Shown here in pieces: positions 38,815 through 49,004 of a stretch of 64,000 nucleotides of DNA; positions within the stretch are counted from its first letter, which is position 1, and every line of letters starts with the position of its first letter. The notes beneath the pieces are model-generated. The model was not told the DNA's origin. It worked only from the letters and a program-made list of their open reading frames with translations, and did not search any database. Source of the DNA: Candidatus Tayloriibacteriota bacterium. GTDB lineage: Bacteria; Patescibacteriota; Minisyncoccia; Phycocordibacterales; PALSA-1337. The stretch lies in NCBI GenBank assembly GCA_016215455.1, contig JACRJP010000004.1:21132-85131 (forward strand), read 5' to 3'. The position numbers were made by a program, and so were the translations under genes.

Positions 38815-38834
38815 TCTCAATATTATTTATTTCC

Positions 38835-39215
38835 ATGCGTATCCTAGGTATCACACTTCCAGATAATAAAAGAATTGAAATGGCTCTCACCGCACTCTAC
38901 GGTATTGGCCGTTCACGAGCTCAATACATTCTCGACCAAGCAAAGGTAGACTATGGAATGAAAGCAAAAGACATTACGGTAGAACAAGAGAATACGATTC
39001 GAAAGATTATCGAATCATTCCGAATCGAAGGTGATCTCAAGCGAGAAGTAGCATCAAATATCAAGCGACTCAAAGACATCAAGGCATACCGTGGTACTCG
39101 CCACGCAAAACGCCTCCCAGCTCGAGGTCAACGAACAAAGACTAACTCACGAACTCTTCGTGGAAACGTTCGAAAGACTATGGGTTCAGGACGTAAGAAG
39201 GAAGAAAAGAAGTAA
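38835..39215 (+). CDS. rpsM: 30S ribosomal protein S13.
   Basis: MRILGITLPDNKRIEMALTALYGIG. Confidence 0.95.
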   Translation: MRILGITLPDNKRIEMALTALYGIGRSRAQYILDQAKVDYGMKAKDITVEQENTIRKIIESFRIEGDLKREVASNIKRLKDIKAYRGTRHAKRLPARGQRTKTNSRTLRGNVRKTMGSGRKKEEKK

Positions 39216-39239
39216 CATAATCAAACAGACCACACCACT

Positions 39240-39665
39240 ATGGGAAAGAAACGAATTGTATCAACAGGTGAGGCGGCTTCAAAAGAAGCAAAGCCAGCAC
39301 AAACATCAAGCAAAAAGCGTCTTGATGCAGGTGTTTTGTATGTTCAATCAACATACAACAACACAAAAGTACTTCTCACTGATACTAAGGGAGATGCTAT
39401 TATGTGGTCTTCAAGTGGAGCTCTTGGTTTCAAGGGTGCTAAGAAAGGAACACCTTTTGCAGCTGCAAAGGTAGGTGAAACTCTCGCAGCAAAGGCAGCT
39501 CTCCTTGGTCTCAAGGAAATCTCTGTTGTAGTGAAGGGGGTTGGCTCAGGTCGTGAATCAGCGATCCGAGGTTTTATTTCAAAAGGAGTAACAATTGCAG
39601 CAATCAAAGACGAAACTCCAGTTCCGTTTAATGGACCGAAGCCACCTAAGCCTCGACGAGTATAA
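39240..39665 (+). CDS. rpsK: 30S ribosomal protein S11.
   Basis: GVLYVQSTYNNTKVLLTDTKGDAI. Confidence 0.95.
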   Translation: MGKKRIVSTGEAASKEAKPAQTSSKKRLDAGVLYVQSTYNNTKVLLTDTKGDAIMWSSSGALGFKGAKKGTPFAAAKVGETLAAKAALLGLKEISVVVKGVGSGRESAIRGFISKGVTIAAIKDETPVPFNGPKPPKPRRV

Positions 39666-39676
39666 TATTTATTAAT

Positions 39677-40288
39677 ATGAAAATAGGAGCGAAATACAAA
39701 ATTGTTCGACGACTTGGAGGAGCTACAGTGTTTGAAAAAACACAGGGCCCAAAGTATGCACTTCGTGCACAGAACCGAGCGATGTCATCAAAATCAAAGC
39801 CTAAGGCTAAAAGTGATTTTGCACTTCGTTTGATGGAAAAGCAGAAGGCTCGTTATACATACTGTGTTACAGAACGACAGTTTTCTAAGTACGCAAAGAA
39901 ATCTCTTGAAAAGGGAGGAAATGCTGGTGCACTTCTTATTCAAACTCTCGAAAGTCGTCTCGACAACGTAGCACTCCGATCAGGTCTTGCTTCAACTCGA
40001 CTTGCAGCACGTCAGATGGTTTCTCATGGTCATCTTTTGGTTAATGGAAAGATCGTAACTATCCCTTCATACCAGGTTTCTGTAGGGGAAGTTATTACGA
40101 TTCGTGAGGGTAGTAAAAAGAAGCCTCTCTTTGCAACAATCGAAGAGAAGCTCAAAGCAGCAAAGGTTCCTGCATGGCTCAAGGTGAATATTGAAAAGAA
40201 GGAAATTACTATCGACGGAGTACCGACTGCACAGGCTTCAGAGTTACTCTTCAATGTTGGCTCAGTTCTTGAGTTTTACACGAGATAG
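39677..40288 (+). CDS. rpsD: 30S ribosomal protein S4.
   Basis: S4 domain with LESRLDNVALRSGLASTRLAARQMVSHGH. Confidence 0.95.
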   Translation: MKIGAKYKIVRRLGGATVFEKTQGPKYALRAQNRAMSSKSKPKAKSDFALRLMEKQKARYTYCVTERQFSKYAKKSLEKGGNAGALLIQTLESRLDNVALRSGLASTRLAARQMVSHGHLLVNGKIVTIPSYQVSVGEVITIREGSKKKPLFATIEEKLKAAKVPAWLKVNIEKKEITIDGVPTAQASELLFNVGSVLEFYTR

Positions 40289-40350
40289 AGTTGCAATTAT
40301 CAAGAAAGTAGTGTAAAGTATTGTATATTTTATAAAGCCCCAATAAACCT

Positions 40351-41313
40351 ATGTCGAACAAAGTACTATTGCCTTCAAAGCCAAAAATTATCAAAGAAGA
40401 GGGGACAAGTGGCATTTATGAGATCGATGGTCTCTATCCTGGATACGGCCATACTCTCGGCAACTCACTTCGCCGCATCATTCTTTCATCTATCCCTGGT
40501 GCAGCAGTCACTAAGGTTAAGATCGCTGGCGTAAGTCACGAATTTTCTACAATTGAAGGTGTAAAAGAAGATGTTATCAACATCCTTCTCAATCTAAAGC
40601 AGCTCCGTGTTCGACTCACAGGAGATGAAGCACAGATTATTTCTATAAAGGCAAAGGGAATCAAGTCAATCAAGGCAAAGGACATTGAAGTTCCAGGACA
40701 AGTTGAAATTCTTAACCCTGAACTCCATATTGCTGAACTTACTGACAAGGGATCAGAACTTGATATCGAAATGACAGTTCAAGTAGGTCTTGGATATGTT
40801 CCAAAGGAAACTCTTGAAAAAGAACGAGTTGATATCGGAAGTATTTCTCTCGATGCAATCTTCACTCCGATCAAGAAAGTAAACTACGAAGTTGAGAACA
40901 TGCGTGTTGGTGATCGAACAGACTTCAACCGACTCCGCCTCAACATTGAAACTGATGGTACTCTTTCTCCTCACGAAGCTCTTGAATATTCAATCGGCGT
41001 TATGATTGAACAACTTAAGGCAATCGTTGGATTTAAGGAAGAAGAAATTGTTCCAGAAGCTCCTGCAGAGGAAGCGACTTCAACAAAGTCAGAGTCAAAG
41101 AAAGAACTCGACGTAGAATTCCTCAAGACTCGAACAGATTCTATTGGACTTTCTCCTCGAACAGTAAAGGCTCTTGCTAACGCAAACATTCGAACTATTG
41201 GAGGTCTCGCTCGAAAGAAGGAAGCAGACATCCTCGACATCGAAGGTCTTGGAAGTAAGGGGATCCAGGAGATCAAGAAAGTTCTTTCGAACTACGGCAT
41301 TACCCTCAAATAA
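40351..41313 (+). CDS. rpoA: DNA-directed RNA polymerase subunit alpha.
   Basis: GYGHTLGNSLRRILLSS is present, and the C-terminal alpha-CTD is intact. Confidence 0.95.
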   Translation: MSNKVLLPSKPKIIKEEGTSGIYEIDGLYPGYGHTLGNSLRRIILSSIPGAAVTKVKIAGVSHEFSTIEGVKEDVINILLNLKQLRVRLTGDEAQIISIKAKGIKSIKAKDIEVPGQVEILNPELHIAELTDKGSELDIEMTVQVGLGYVPKETLEKERVDIGSISLDAIFTPIKKVNYEVENMRVGDRTDFNRLRLNIETDGTLSPHEALEYSIGVMIEQLKAIVGFKEEEIVPEAPAEEATSTKSESKKELDVEFLKTRTDSIGLSPRTVKALANANIRTIGGLARKKEADILDIEGLGSKGIQEIKKVLSNYGITLK

Positions 41314-41333
41314 GTTACGATTGATTTACTACG

Positions 41334-41684
41334 ATGAACCACCATTCTAAAACACGAAAATTCGGACGAGAAGAAGGACAGCGAGACGCGCTCATGAAGT
41401 CTCTTGCTCTTGCTCTTATTACTCACGAAAAGATTGAGACGACTCATGCTAAGGCAAAGTCTCTTCGACCATATGTTGAACACCTTGTAACAAAGGCAAA
41501 GATGAATACTCTAGCAGCACGCCGACACATCATTTCAAAGACAGGTAGTGAGATTGCTGCAAAGACTCTCGTAGAAACAGTTGCTCCAAAGTATAAGACT
41601 CGCCAGGGTGGTTACACTCGTATTATCAAACTTCCACGCCGTGAGGCTGATGGTAGTGCGATGGCACAGATTGAGTTTGTATAA
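41334..41684 (+). CDS. rplQ: 50S ribosomal protein L17.
   Basis: FGREEGQRDALMKSL...GGYTRIIKL. Confidence 0.95.
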   Translation: MNHHSKTRKFGREEGQRDALMKSLALALITHEKIETTHAKAKSLRPYVEHLVTKAKMNTLAARRHIISKTGSEIAAKTLVETVAPKYKTRQGGYTRIIKLPRREADGSAMAQIEFV

Positions 41685-41694
41685 TATTAAGACC

Positions 41695-42039
41695 ATGATT
41701 CACACTATTGACGCACAAGGAAAGAAAATCGGACGAGTTGCTACACAAGCAGCGGCTCTTCTTCTTGGAAAGGCTTCTGTTGATTTCTCTAAGAACAAAG
41801 TAGCAGACGTAAAGGTACACATTACAAATGCTTCAAAAGCAGAAATTACTGCAAAAAAGAAGTCTGATAAGGAATACGTAACATTCACAGGTTTCCGAGG
41901 TGGTTTGGACACAGAAAAGCTTTCTGATCTCATCGCTCGAAAGGGATACAGTGAAGCTTTCACACGAGCTGTACACGGTATGATTCCAAATAATAAGCTC
42001 AAGAAGAAGATTATCTTGAACCTCACAGTTAGTGAATAA
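41695..42039 (+). CDS. rplM: 50S ribosomal protein L13.
   Basis: MIHTIDAQGKKIGRVATQAAALLLGK. The track ORF 41581..42039 overlaps rplQ, so I trimmed it to ATG 41695. Confidence 0.9.
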   Translation: MIHTIDAQGKKIGRVATQAAALLLGKASVDFSKNKVADVKVHITNASKAEITAKKKSDKEYVTFTGFRGGLDTEKLSDLIARKGYSEAFTRAVHGMIPNNKLKKKIILNLTVSE

Positions 42040-42044
42040 TTTAT

Positions 42045-42473
42045 ATGATTAAAGAACCCGTAAAAATGTCAGACCATAAGGACACAAAATATATCGAAGC
42101 CGTTGGACGACGAAAGACTTCAGCTGCTCGAGTACGTATTTCTGAAGCTTCAAAGACTTCATACAGTATCAATGGTAAGGCACTCGAAGTATACTTCCCA
42201 ACAAAAGAACTCCAGGCTACTGTAGCTTCTCCATTTGTTACATCTAAGGTTGTTGGTAAGTTCAAAGTTACAGCTATGGCAAAGGGAGGTGGTGTTGCTT
42301 CACAAGCTGATGCAGTACGACACGGTATTTCTCGAGCTCTCATCATTCATGATGCAGAACTCCGAAAGACTCTCAAGAAGGCAGGACTCTTGAAGCGAGA
42401 TCCTCGAGCAAAGGAACGACGAAAGTTCGGTTTGAAGAAGGCTCGAAAGGCTCCACAGTGGTCAAAGCGATAA
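42045..42473 (+). CDS. rpsI: 30S ribosomal protein S9.
   Basis: GRRKTSAARVRI...GGGVASQADAVRHGISRAL...KFGLKKARKAPQWSKR. Confidence 0.95.
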   Translation: MIKEPVKMSDHKDTKYIEAVGRRKTSAARVRISEASKTSYSINGKALEVYFPTKELQATVASPFVTSKVVGKFKVTAMAKGGGVASQADAVRHGISRALIIHDAELRKTLKKAGLLKRDPRAKERRKFGLKKARKAPQWSKR

Positions 42474-42485
42474 TACGAAACACAT

Positions 42486-42510
42486 ACACCAGCCACAAGC
42501 TGGTGTTGTG
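42486..42510. repeat. Palindromic hairpin motif, copy 1.
   Basis: ACACCAGC-cacaa-GCTGGTGT followed by TGTG, 13 nt after the rpsI stop. The motif recurs at 47646-47675. Confidence 0.5.
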
Positions 42511-42518
42511 GTGTATAC

Positions 42519-43085
42519 TTGTTAATATTTCACAACTATATGATCAACATTATTTTTGAAGCGCACGGTACGACTTTTGACAACGAGGCACATCTCTCAT
42601 CAGGTCATAACGATGTAGCTCTTTCACCCTTAGGAATTAAACAATCAAAGGAAATGGGTGAGCGCTATGCTAACGATCATTTTGATGCCATATTCTGCTC
42701 AGACTTACAACGTGCCTACAAAAGTGCTGAAATAGGATTTGGAACAAAATGGCCTATCATTCAAGATGCACGACTTCGTGAATGTAACTATGGAGATTTT
42801 ACTCAAAATCCAAGTGAATTAGTTGATACTCAAAAACCTCTTCGAATTAACGAGCCATTCCCGAACGGAGAAAGCTACAAACAGACAACTGCACGAATGA
42901 AAAGTTTTCTCGATGATCTTCTCAAAAACTATCAGGGTAAGCGGATCATGATCATTGGGCACCGAGCAACACAGTACGGTCTCGACCATCTCATTAATGG
43001 GGTTCCTCTAGAAAAACTCGTTACATCTCATTTCAAATGGCAACCAGGATGGGAGTATACATTTGAACATTATTTTAAAAATTAA
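42519..43085 (+). CDS. Histidine phosphatase (phosphoglycerate mutase-like) family protein. Its RHG motif is replaced by AHG.
   Basis: IIFEAHGTTFDNEAHL where family members have RHGE. The C-terminal IIGHRATQ is present. Confidence 0.7.
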   Translation: MLIFHNYMINIIFEAHGTTFDNEAHLSSGHNDVALSPLGIKQSKEMGERYANDHFDAIFCSDLQRAYKSAEIGFGTKWPIIQDARLRECNYGDFTQNPSELVDTQKPLRINEPFPNGESYKQTTARMKSFLDDLLKNYQGKRIMIIGHRATQYGLDHLINGVPLEKLVTSHFKWQPGWEYTFEHYFKN

Positions 43086-43151
43086 GGATAAAATTTTAAT
43101 AAAAATATAATCACGCAATCTATTCACAACCATTCATCAAATCTGTATACT

Positions 43152-43778
43152 ATGACCATGAATAACGATCAAGAATTCGAACTCACTGAAGAAGGTAAGA
43201 AGGCTGCGAAAAGCGCTGCCGCGCAAGGTGATTCTGATATTGTCATCGATGCTGATGCTGCAGAAAATCTTGGTGTAGGAGCACAAGGCATGACAGATTC
43301 TATTGCTGCACTTCGAGAGAAACTCAAGAAAGCAATTGCTGAAAAACAAGAGTATCTTGATGGTTGGCAGCGAACAAAAGCTGAGATCATAAACTACAAA
43401 AAGCGGAATGAAGAAGATATGAAAGAATTCCGTAAGTTTGCTCAAGAAGGCCTCATTGAAGAACTTCTCCCAACTCTCCAAAGTTTTGACATGGCAATGA
43501 ATAATAAAGAAGTCTGGGAGAAGGTTGATAAGAACTGGCGAGTAGGTGTTGAGTATATCTACAACCAACTTAAATCAACTCTTGAAAACGCAGGTCTCAA
43601 GGAAATCAATCCTATAGGCCTTCCATTTGACCCTATGCGCGATGAAGCTATCGAACATACACCTGTGACCGATGAGAGTCAGAATAACGTTGTAACAGCC
43701 GTCATACAGAAAGGTTATTTACTCAATGGTAAATCTCTCCGTGCACCGAAAGTTAAAGTAGGGGAGTTCAAAAAGTAA
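43152..43778 (+). CDS. grpE: Nucleotide exchange factor GrpE.
   Basis: A coiled coil followed by the beta domain. The spacing matches the GrpE family. Confidence 0.9.
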   Translation: MTMNNDQEFELTEEGKKAAKSAAAQGDSDIVIDADAAENLGVGAQGMTDSIAALREKLKKAIAEKQEYLDGWQRTKAEIINYKKRNEEDMKEFRKFAQEGLIEELLPTLQSFDMAMNNKEVWEKVDKNWRVGVEYIYNQLKSTLENAGLKEINPIGLPFDPMRDEAIEHTPVTDESQNNVVTAVIQKGYLLNGKSLRAPKVKVGEFKK

Positions 43779-43781
43779 CCC

Positions 43782-43808
43782 TTGACTAACCTGTAAATTT
43801 GGTATAAT
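43782..43808 (+). promoter_or_regulatory. Strong sigma70-like promoter between grpE and dnaK.
   Basis: TTGACT, 15 bp spacer, TATAAT. An ATG sits 10 nt downstream at 43818, so the transcript would be essentially leaderless. Confidence 0.45.
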
Positions 43809-43817
43809 TACAACGTA

Positions 43818-44111
43818 ATGCTCACACTACGTCCACAACAGAAAATTGTTGAAAAAATCCTCATTGCACGCAATGGTGGGCGTGTTCGTGTTACCTTCGC
43901 TGTTATTGAAACAGCAGGAAATATTGAGTTCAAAGTACTCAAAGTAACCCCTATAGTCGCATCGATCAAGGGACCTACAATCCTCGCACTCCCTGGTAAA
44001 ATCAAAGATTCTGTAGCACCAGCAACTACAGCAACTTTCACAACATTCGTATCGCCATACGTATCTCTTTTCTTCTTTGATAGTCAACCTACACGCGCTC
44101 CATCTTTTTAA
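43818..44111 (+). CDS. Hypothetical small protein of 97 aa.
   Basis: The ORF follows directly after the promoter. The ORF itself is weakly supported. Confidence 0.3.
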   Translation: MLTLRPQQKIVEKILIARNGGRVRVTFAVIETAGNIEFKVLKVTPIVASIKGPTILALPGKIKDSVAPATTATFTTFVSPYVSLFFFDSQPTRAPSF

Positions 44112-44125
44112 TAAAAATTGTCTGA

Positions 44126-44344
44126 TTATTCACAGACTTTCGTAAGTTCATCAACTCGACACCACGTCATCCTTAGGCCTTCTTGGAACTGAATACAGAT
44201 CGTGAGTCCTTCAGGAAAGATGTGTTTCAAAGATGTCTTTCGAACCTCAATAATTTTGGCTCTTAAGCCATTAATCGGGCAATCATGCCAATGAACAGAC
44301 GTAAAGGTGACAAGATCACCCTCCTTGAAAGGAACAGCGTTCAT
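44126..44344 (-). CDS. Hypothetical small protein of 72 aa.
   Basis: MNAVPFKEGDLVTFTSVHWHDC... has protein-like composition. This is an alternative to, or an addition to, 43818-44111. Confidence 0.3.
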   Translation of the reverse strand: MNAVPFKEGDLVTFTSVHWHDCPINGLRAKIIEVRKTSLKHIFPEGLTICIQFQEGLRMTWCRVDELTKVCE

Positions 44345-44390
44345 GGCGATAACACTATCACTATTTACTAATTAATCAACTAAACTATAT

Positions 44391-46313
44391 ATGTCTAAAA
44401 TCATAGGAATCGACTTAGGAACAACAAACTCAGCAGTTGCGGTCATGGAAGTAGGAACACCAAAGATCCTCGAGAACGCAGAAGGTGCGCGTACAACTCC
44501 ATCTATCCTTGCTCTCTCAAAGACAGGTGATCGCATGGTAGGACTTCTTGCTAAACGACAAGGTGTTACTAATCCAAAAAATACTATCTATCAGATCAAG
44601 CGCTTCATTGGTCACAACTTTGATGATCCAGCAGTACAGAAGGATCGTGCATCAGTACCATTTGAAATGCAGAAATCTGCAAGTGGTGGTATTGAAGTGA
44701 AGATGGGAGATAAGTGGTATCGACCTGAAGAAATTTCAGCGATGATCCTCACCAAGCTCAAGACTGATGCAGAAGCACGTCTTGGAGAAAAGATTACTGA
44801 AGCGGTCATTACTGTCCCAGCATACTTCAACGATGCTCAGCGACAAGCAACAAAAGATGCGGGTAAGATTGCAGGTCTCGATGTAAAGAGAATCATTAAC
44901 GAACCTACAGCCGCAGCTCTCGCATACGGCTTCAACAAAAAGAAGGATGAAAAGATCGTAGTCTTCGACTTCGGTGGAGGTACTTTCGATATTTCAGTTC
45001 TTGAAGTAGGCGATGATGTTGTTGAAGTAAAATCAACCGACGGTGACGCACACTTGGGAGGAAAGGATATTGATCAAAAAATCATCAACTGGCTTGCAGA
45101 AGAATTTAAGAAAGCATCAGGTATTGATGTTCGTAAGGATGCACTTGCTCTTCAGCGACTCGATGAAGCTGCTGAAAAAGCAAAAATCGAACTCTCAACA
45201 GCAGTTCAGACAGAAGTAAACATTCCATTCATCACATCTGGTGCAGATGGTCCTCAGCACCTTCTCATCACTATGACTCGTGCAAAACTCGAAGAACTCA
45301 CTCGTGAATTCATCGATCGAGCAATGGAAATCACAAAGCGAGCAATGGAAGCTTCTCCATTCAAGATTGGTGACATTAATGAAATCATTCTTGTCGGAGG
45401 GCAGACACGAATGCCTGCTATTCAGGCAGCTGTTAAAAGTTACTTTGGTAAGGATCTTCATATGGGTGTAAACCCTGATGAAGTGGTTGCGGTGGGTGCC
45501 GCTATTCAAGGAGGTATTCTTGCAGGAGATGTGAAAGATGTTCTTCTCCTCGATGTTATCCCTCTTTCTCTTGGTATTGAAACAATGGGACAGGTTGCTA
45601 CAAAACTCATTGAAAAGAACACAACAATTCCAACATCACGTTCTCAAACATTCTCAACGGCTGCTGATAATCAGACAGAGGTAACGATTCACGTTGTGCA
45701 AGGGGAGCGAACAATGGCAAAGGATAACAAGTCGCTTGGTCAGTTTAATCTCGGTGGTATTGCTCCAGCTCCACGAGGAACACCTCAAATCGAAGTTACG
45801 TTTGATATCGATGCAAACGGTATCTTGAGTGTATCTGCAAAGGATAAGGCGACGGGTAAATCAAACTCAATTAAGATCACTGCAAGTTCAGGTCTTTCAA
45901 AAGAAGAAGTTGAAAAGATGAAGAAAGATGCTGAAATGAATGCAGCAGACGATCAGAAGAAAAAAGAAGAGATTGAAATAAAGAACGGTGCAGAACAAAT
46001 GATCTACACTGCAGAAAAATCTCTCAAGGATTACAAAGACAAAATCCCTGCAGATACAGCAAAGTCTATTGAAGAAAAGATCGCTGCTGCAAAAACAACA
46101 AAAGAAGGAAGTGATATGGCTGCAATTAAAACTGCAACTGAGGCACTTTCAACAGAGCTCTCAAAGATTGGTGAAATTATCTCGAAGGCACAGCAAGCTG
46201 CTGGTCCAGGAGCTGGTGCAGAAGGTGCGCAACCAGGAACAAATGGTACTGATGCCGGAGCAGGCGGTACAGGAGATAACGTTCGCGATGCAGAGTTTAA
46301 AGAGAAGAAATAA
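44391..46313 (+). CDS. dnaK: Chaperone DnaK (Hsp70).
   Basis: [18 protein letters not shown], and the remaining Hsp70 signatures. Confidence 0.98.
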   Translation: MSKIIGIDLGTTNSAVAVMEVGTPKILENAEGARTTPSILALSKTGDRMVGLLAKRQGVTNPKNTIYQIKRFIGHNFDDPAVQKDRASVPFEMQKSASGGIEVKMGDKWYRPEEISAMILTKLKTDAEARLGEKITEAVITVPAYFNDAQRQATKDAGKIAGLDVKRIINEPTAAALAYGFNKKKDEKIVVFDFGGGTFDISVLEVGDDVVEVKSTDGDAHLGGKDIDQKIINWLAEEFKKASGIDVRKDALALQRLDEAAEKAKIELSTAVQTEVNIPFITSGADGPQHLLITMTRAKLEELTREFIDRAMEITKRAMEASPFKIGDINEIILVGGQTRMPAIQAAVKSYFGKDLHMGVNPDEVVAVGAAIQGGILAGDVKDVLLLDVIPLSLGIETMGQVATKLIEKNTTIPTSRSQTFSTAADNQTEVTIHVVQGERTMAKDNKSLGQFNLGGIAPAPRGTPQIEVTFDIDANGILSVSAKDKATGKSNSIKITASSGLSKEEVEKMKKDAEMNAADDQKKKEEIEIKNGAEQMIYTAEKSLKDYKDKIPADTAKSIEEKIAAAKTTKEGSDMAAIKTATEALSTELSKIGEIISKAQQAAGPGAGAEGAQPGTNGTDAGAGGTGDNVRDAEFKEKK

Positions 46314-46649
46314 AAAAGGGATTATCGGCGACAAGCACAGTCGTAATTGAGGAGAAACTTATCGGACGAAAGTTTACCTTCACTGTCCAAAGCAAACCTC
46401 AAACACGACAAGATGCTAGCTGCACGAAAGACTGCCGAAATGTCAGATTGCTCAGCGTAAAGTTCGATGAGTAGCGGTCCCAGTCCAATAGGTAGGGTAT
46501 ACAGCAATTCTGCACGAGCTGCGACTGACAAGCTTCTCCAGGCAGCCTTAATGAGAGATTCGGTGTCCATAGAAGGGAGCAGATTATGTGACCTAGCAAA
46601 ATACTACAATATCAAGTAAGATTGTCAACATTCGCGACACAAATATACA

Positions 46650-47516
46650 ATGGCTCAAAAAGACTATTACAAAATCCTAGGTGTTGATAAAAATGCATCA
46701 AAGGAAGACATAAAAAAGGCTTTCCGAAAGCTCGCTCACGAACATCATCCTGATAAGAATGGTGGTAATGATGCTAAGTTTAAAGAGGCTAACGAGGCCT
46801 ATAGTATTCTCTCTGACGACACAAAACGTCGCCAGTATGACACCTATGGTAGTGATGGTCCGAGCTTCACGGGTGGTGGACCTTTCGGAGGAGCAGGCGG
46901 CTTCGGGGGTTTCGATTTCTCAGGTTTTGCCAATGGTCAAAATGGTCAACAGTTTGAATTTGATCTCGGAGACATCTTCGGAGAATTCTTTGGAGGTGGA
47001 GGACGCCGACCACGAAAGGGTCGCAACATCACCATTGATATCCAACTCACTCTTAAAGAATCAATCTTTGGTATTGAACGTGAAATCTCAACAGGTAAAG
47101 AGAAATTCTCTATCAAAATCCCTGCTGGTATCAATCACGGAGAAGGTCTTCGTGTTCCTGGAAAAGGTGAACAGGGAGAAGCAGGACCTGGAGATCTTGT
47201 TGTTCGAGTATGGGTTGAGGATCATAAGACAATTCGTCGTGAGAATTACAATCTCATTACTGAACTCAAGATTAAACTCACTCAGGCACTCTTAGGTGAC
47301 ACCGTAAACATTGAAACTCTTGATGGTCCAATTGAGATGAAAATTCCTCAAGGAGTGACTCATGGAGAGATTCTTCGTGTTAAAGGAAAGGGTGTGACAA
47401 TCGAGCGCACTGGAAAACGTGGTGATTTCTTGGTTATTATTCACATCGATCTTCCACGAAAACTCTCACGTAGTGCAGCAAAGCTCGTAGAACAATTGAA
47501 GGAAGAGGGGATATAG
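46650..47516 (+). CDS. dnaJ: DnaJ-family co-chaperone. It has a J domain, a G/F region and C-terminal domains, but no Cys-rich zinc finger.
   Basis: YYKILGV...HPDKN is the HPD motif. [15 protein letters not shown] run follows. No CxxCxGxG repeats are present. Confidence 0.85.
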   Translation: MAQKDYYKILGVDKNASKEDIKKAFRKLAHEHHPDKNGGNDAKFKEANEAYSILSDDTKRRQYDTYGSDGPSFTGGGPFGGAGGFGGFDFSGFANGQNGQQFEFDLGDIFGEFFGGGGRRPRKGRNITIDIQLTLKESIFGIEREISTGKEKFSIKIPAGINHGEGLRVPGKGEQGEAGPGDLVVRVWVEDHKTIRRENYNLITELKIKLTQALLGDTVNIETLDGPIEMKIPQGVTHGEILRVKGKGVTIERTGKRGDFLVIIHIDLPRKLSRSAAKLVEQLKEEGI

Positions 47517-47645
47517 TCTATACTACATATACATGAAATCTGTCACGCAACAATCAACTTCTTGGCTTTGGTCAACCACACATCGTACATATCTGGTGCG
47601 TGCTTTGTCCCTATAAACCATTCTCACAATTGAGCTTTGCAAATC

Positions 47646-47675
47646 ACACACCAGCTTTGTACAGCTGGTGTTGTG
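47646..47675. repeat. Palindromic hairpin motif, copy 2.
   Basis: ACACCAGCT-ttgtaca-AGCTGGTGT followed by TGTG. The 3' arm plus tail GCTGGTGTTGTG matches copy 1 exactly. Confidence 0.5.
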
Positions 47676-48011
47676 CTATGTGGCCGACAAGCTCTTTATT
47701 GTTATGTTTCCAACATACCACTGCTATAAATGTAATGTGAATACATCTGGTATACCAGAGAAAATACCTGATTCGAACAACAAAACATGGCATTGCCCAA
47801 TATGCCATTCATTGTTACGCCAATGTCTACAATGCCTTTGTTTTGCATCAATAACCAATGAAAAGTGCGACGCATGTGTTCCTGGTGTAAAAAAAGTTTA
47901 CCCGAATCAAAAGAGAGGTGGCTGGGATGCATGTTGGTAGACGTAGATTAAGCTCTCATATGAGCATTTTTAGTTGAGACAAAGATTATTATATTTGCTA
48001 TTATTACCCAC

Positions 48012-49004
48012 ATGTCATCACAACCAAAAACTCTACTTTCTGGCGTTAAGCCGACAGGACGACCACATATTGGAAACTACTTCGGAGCAATGAAACAGTT
48101 TGTTGATCTTCAGGCAGCTCATAAGGATGCGCGGAAATTCTTCATGATTGCTGACTATCATGCATTGAACTTCATTCAAGATGGAGCAAAGATGCATGAC
48201 CTCATCATTGATCTCGCTCTCGATTATCTCGCAATTGGACTCGATCCGAAACAATCAGTAATCTTCAAGCAATCAGATGTATCAGCACACACTGAACTTG
48301 CGTGGGTATTCGACACGATCACTACGATCCCATATCTCGAACGAGCACATGCCTATAAAGATGCTGAAGCAAAAAATAAAGAGATAAGTGTTGGTACGTT
48401 CAACTATCCAATGCTCATGGCAGCAGATATTCTTTTGTATGATGCAAATATCGTTCCTGTAGGGCAAGATCAAAAACAACATATCGAATATGCTCGTGAT
48501 ACAGCACTCAAGTTCAACCATATCTTCTGTGGAGGAGAAAAAGAAAATGGAGGCGCTCCACTTTTCATACTTCCTGAACCTCTCATCATGAAAGACGTTG
48601 CGACTGTCCCAGGTATCGATGGTCAAAAAATGAGTAAGAGCTACAACAATACGATTCCACTCTTTGCAACGGAAGAGGAAATGACAAAAGCTGTCATGGG
48701 AATTGTTACTGATTCAGGAAGTGGAATTCCAAAGAACGTCTACGATATTCATCGACTCTTCCGTACTGAAGCTGAACTTGCAGTGATCTACGAAGAGCAC
48801 AAAGGGAAGTACAAAGCTCTCAAGGATGCTCTTCTTGCTGATCTTAAAGCATTTATCAATCCACTCCGTACTCGACGAGAAGAACTCGCAAAGGACAAAG
48901 AAGCAGTCCTCAAAATTCTCAAAGAGGGAGGTGAACGAGCTCGTTCTGTCGCTGAACCAAAGATGCAGGAAGTGAGAAAAACTATTGGTGTTGGACTCTA
49001 TTAA
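48012..49004 (+). CDS. trpS: Tryptophan--tRNA ligase.
   Basis: GVKPTGRPHIGNYFG is the HIGH-type motif and KMSKS is present. Confidence 0.95.
   Translation: MSSQPKTLLSGVKPTGRPHIGNYFGAMKQFVDLQAAHKDARKFFMIADYHALNFIQDGAKMHDLIIDLALDYLAIGLDPKQSVIFKQSDVSAHTELAWVFDTITTIPYLERAHAYKDAEAKNKEISVGTFNYPMLMAADILLYDANIVPVGQDQKQHIEYARDTALKFNHIFCGGEKENGGAPLFILPEPLIMKDVATVPGIDGQKMSKSYNNTIPLFATEEEMTKAVMGIVTDSGSGIPKNVYDIHRLFRTEAELAVIYEEHKGKYKALKDALLADLKAFINPLRTRREELAKDKEAVLKILKEGGERARSVAEPKMQEVRKTIGVGLY

Noticed and set aside
43086-44390. CIRCE/HrcA operator at the grpE-dnaK locus.
   Set aside because: I found no TTAGCACTC-N9-GAGTGCTAA inverted repeat, and no hrcA gene in this window.
46322-46570. 82 aa minus-strand ORF between dnaK and dnaJ in a GC-richer patch.
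   Set aside because: It has no motifs. It overlaps the dnaJ promoter region. It is possibly a remnant.
47668-47940. 90 aa Cys-rich ORF after dnaJ.
   Set aside because: It starts inside the conserved hairpin repeat and its composition is odd. I could not tell it apart from a chance ORF in an AT-rich spacer.
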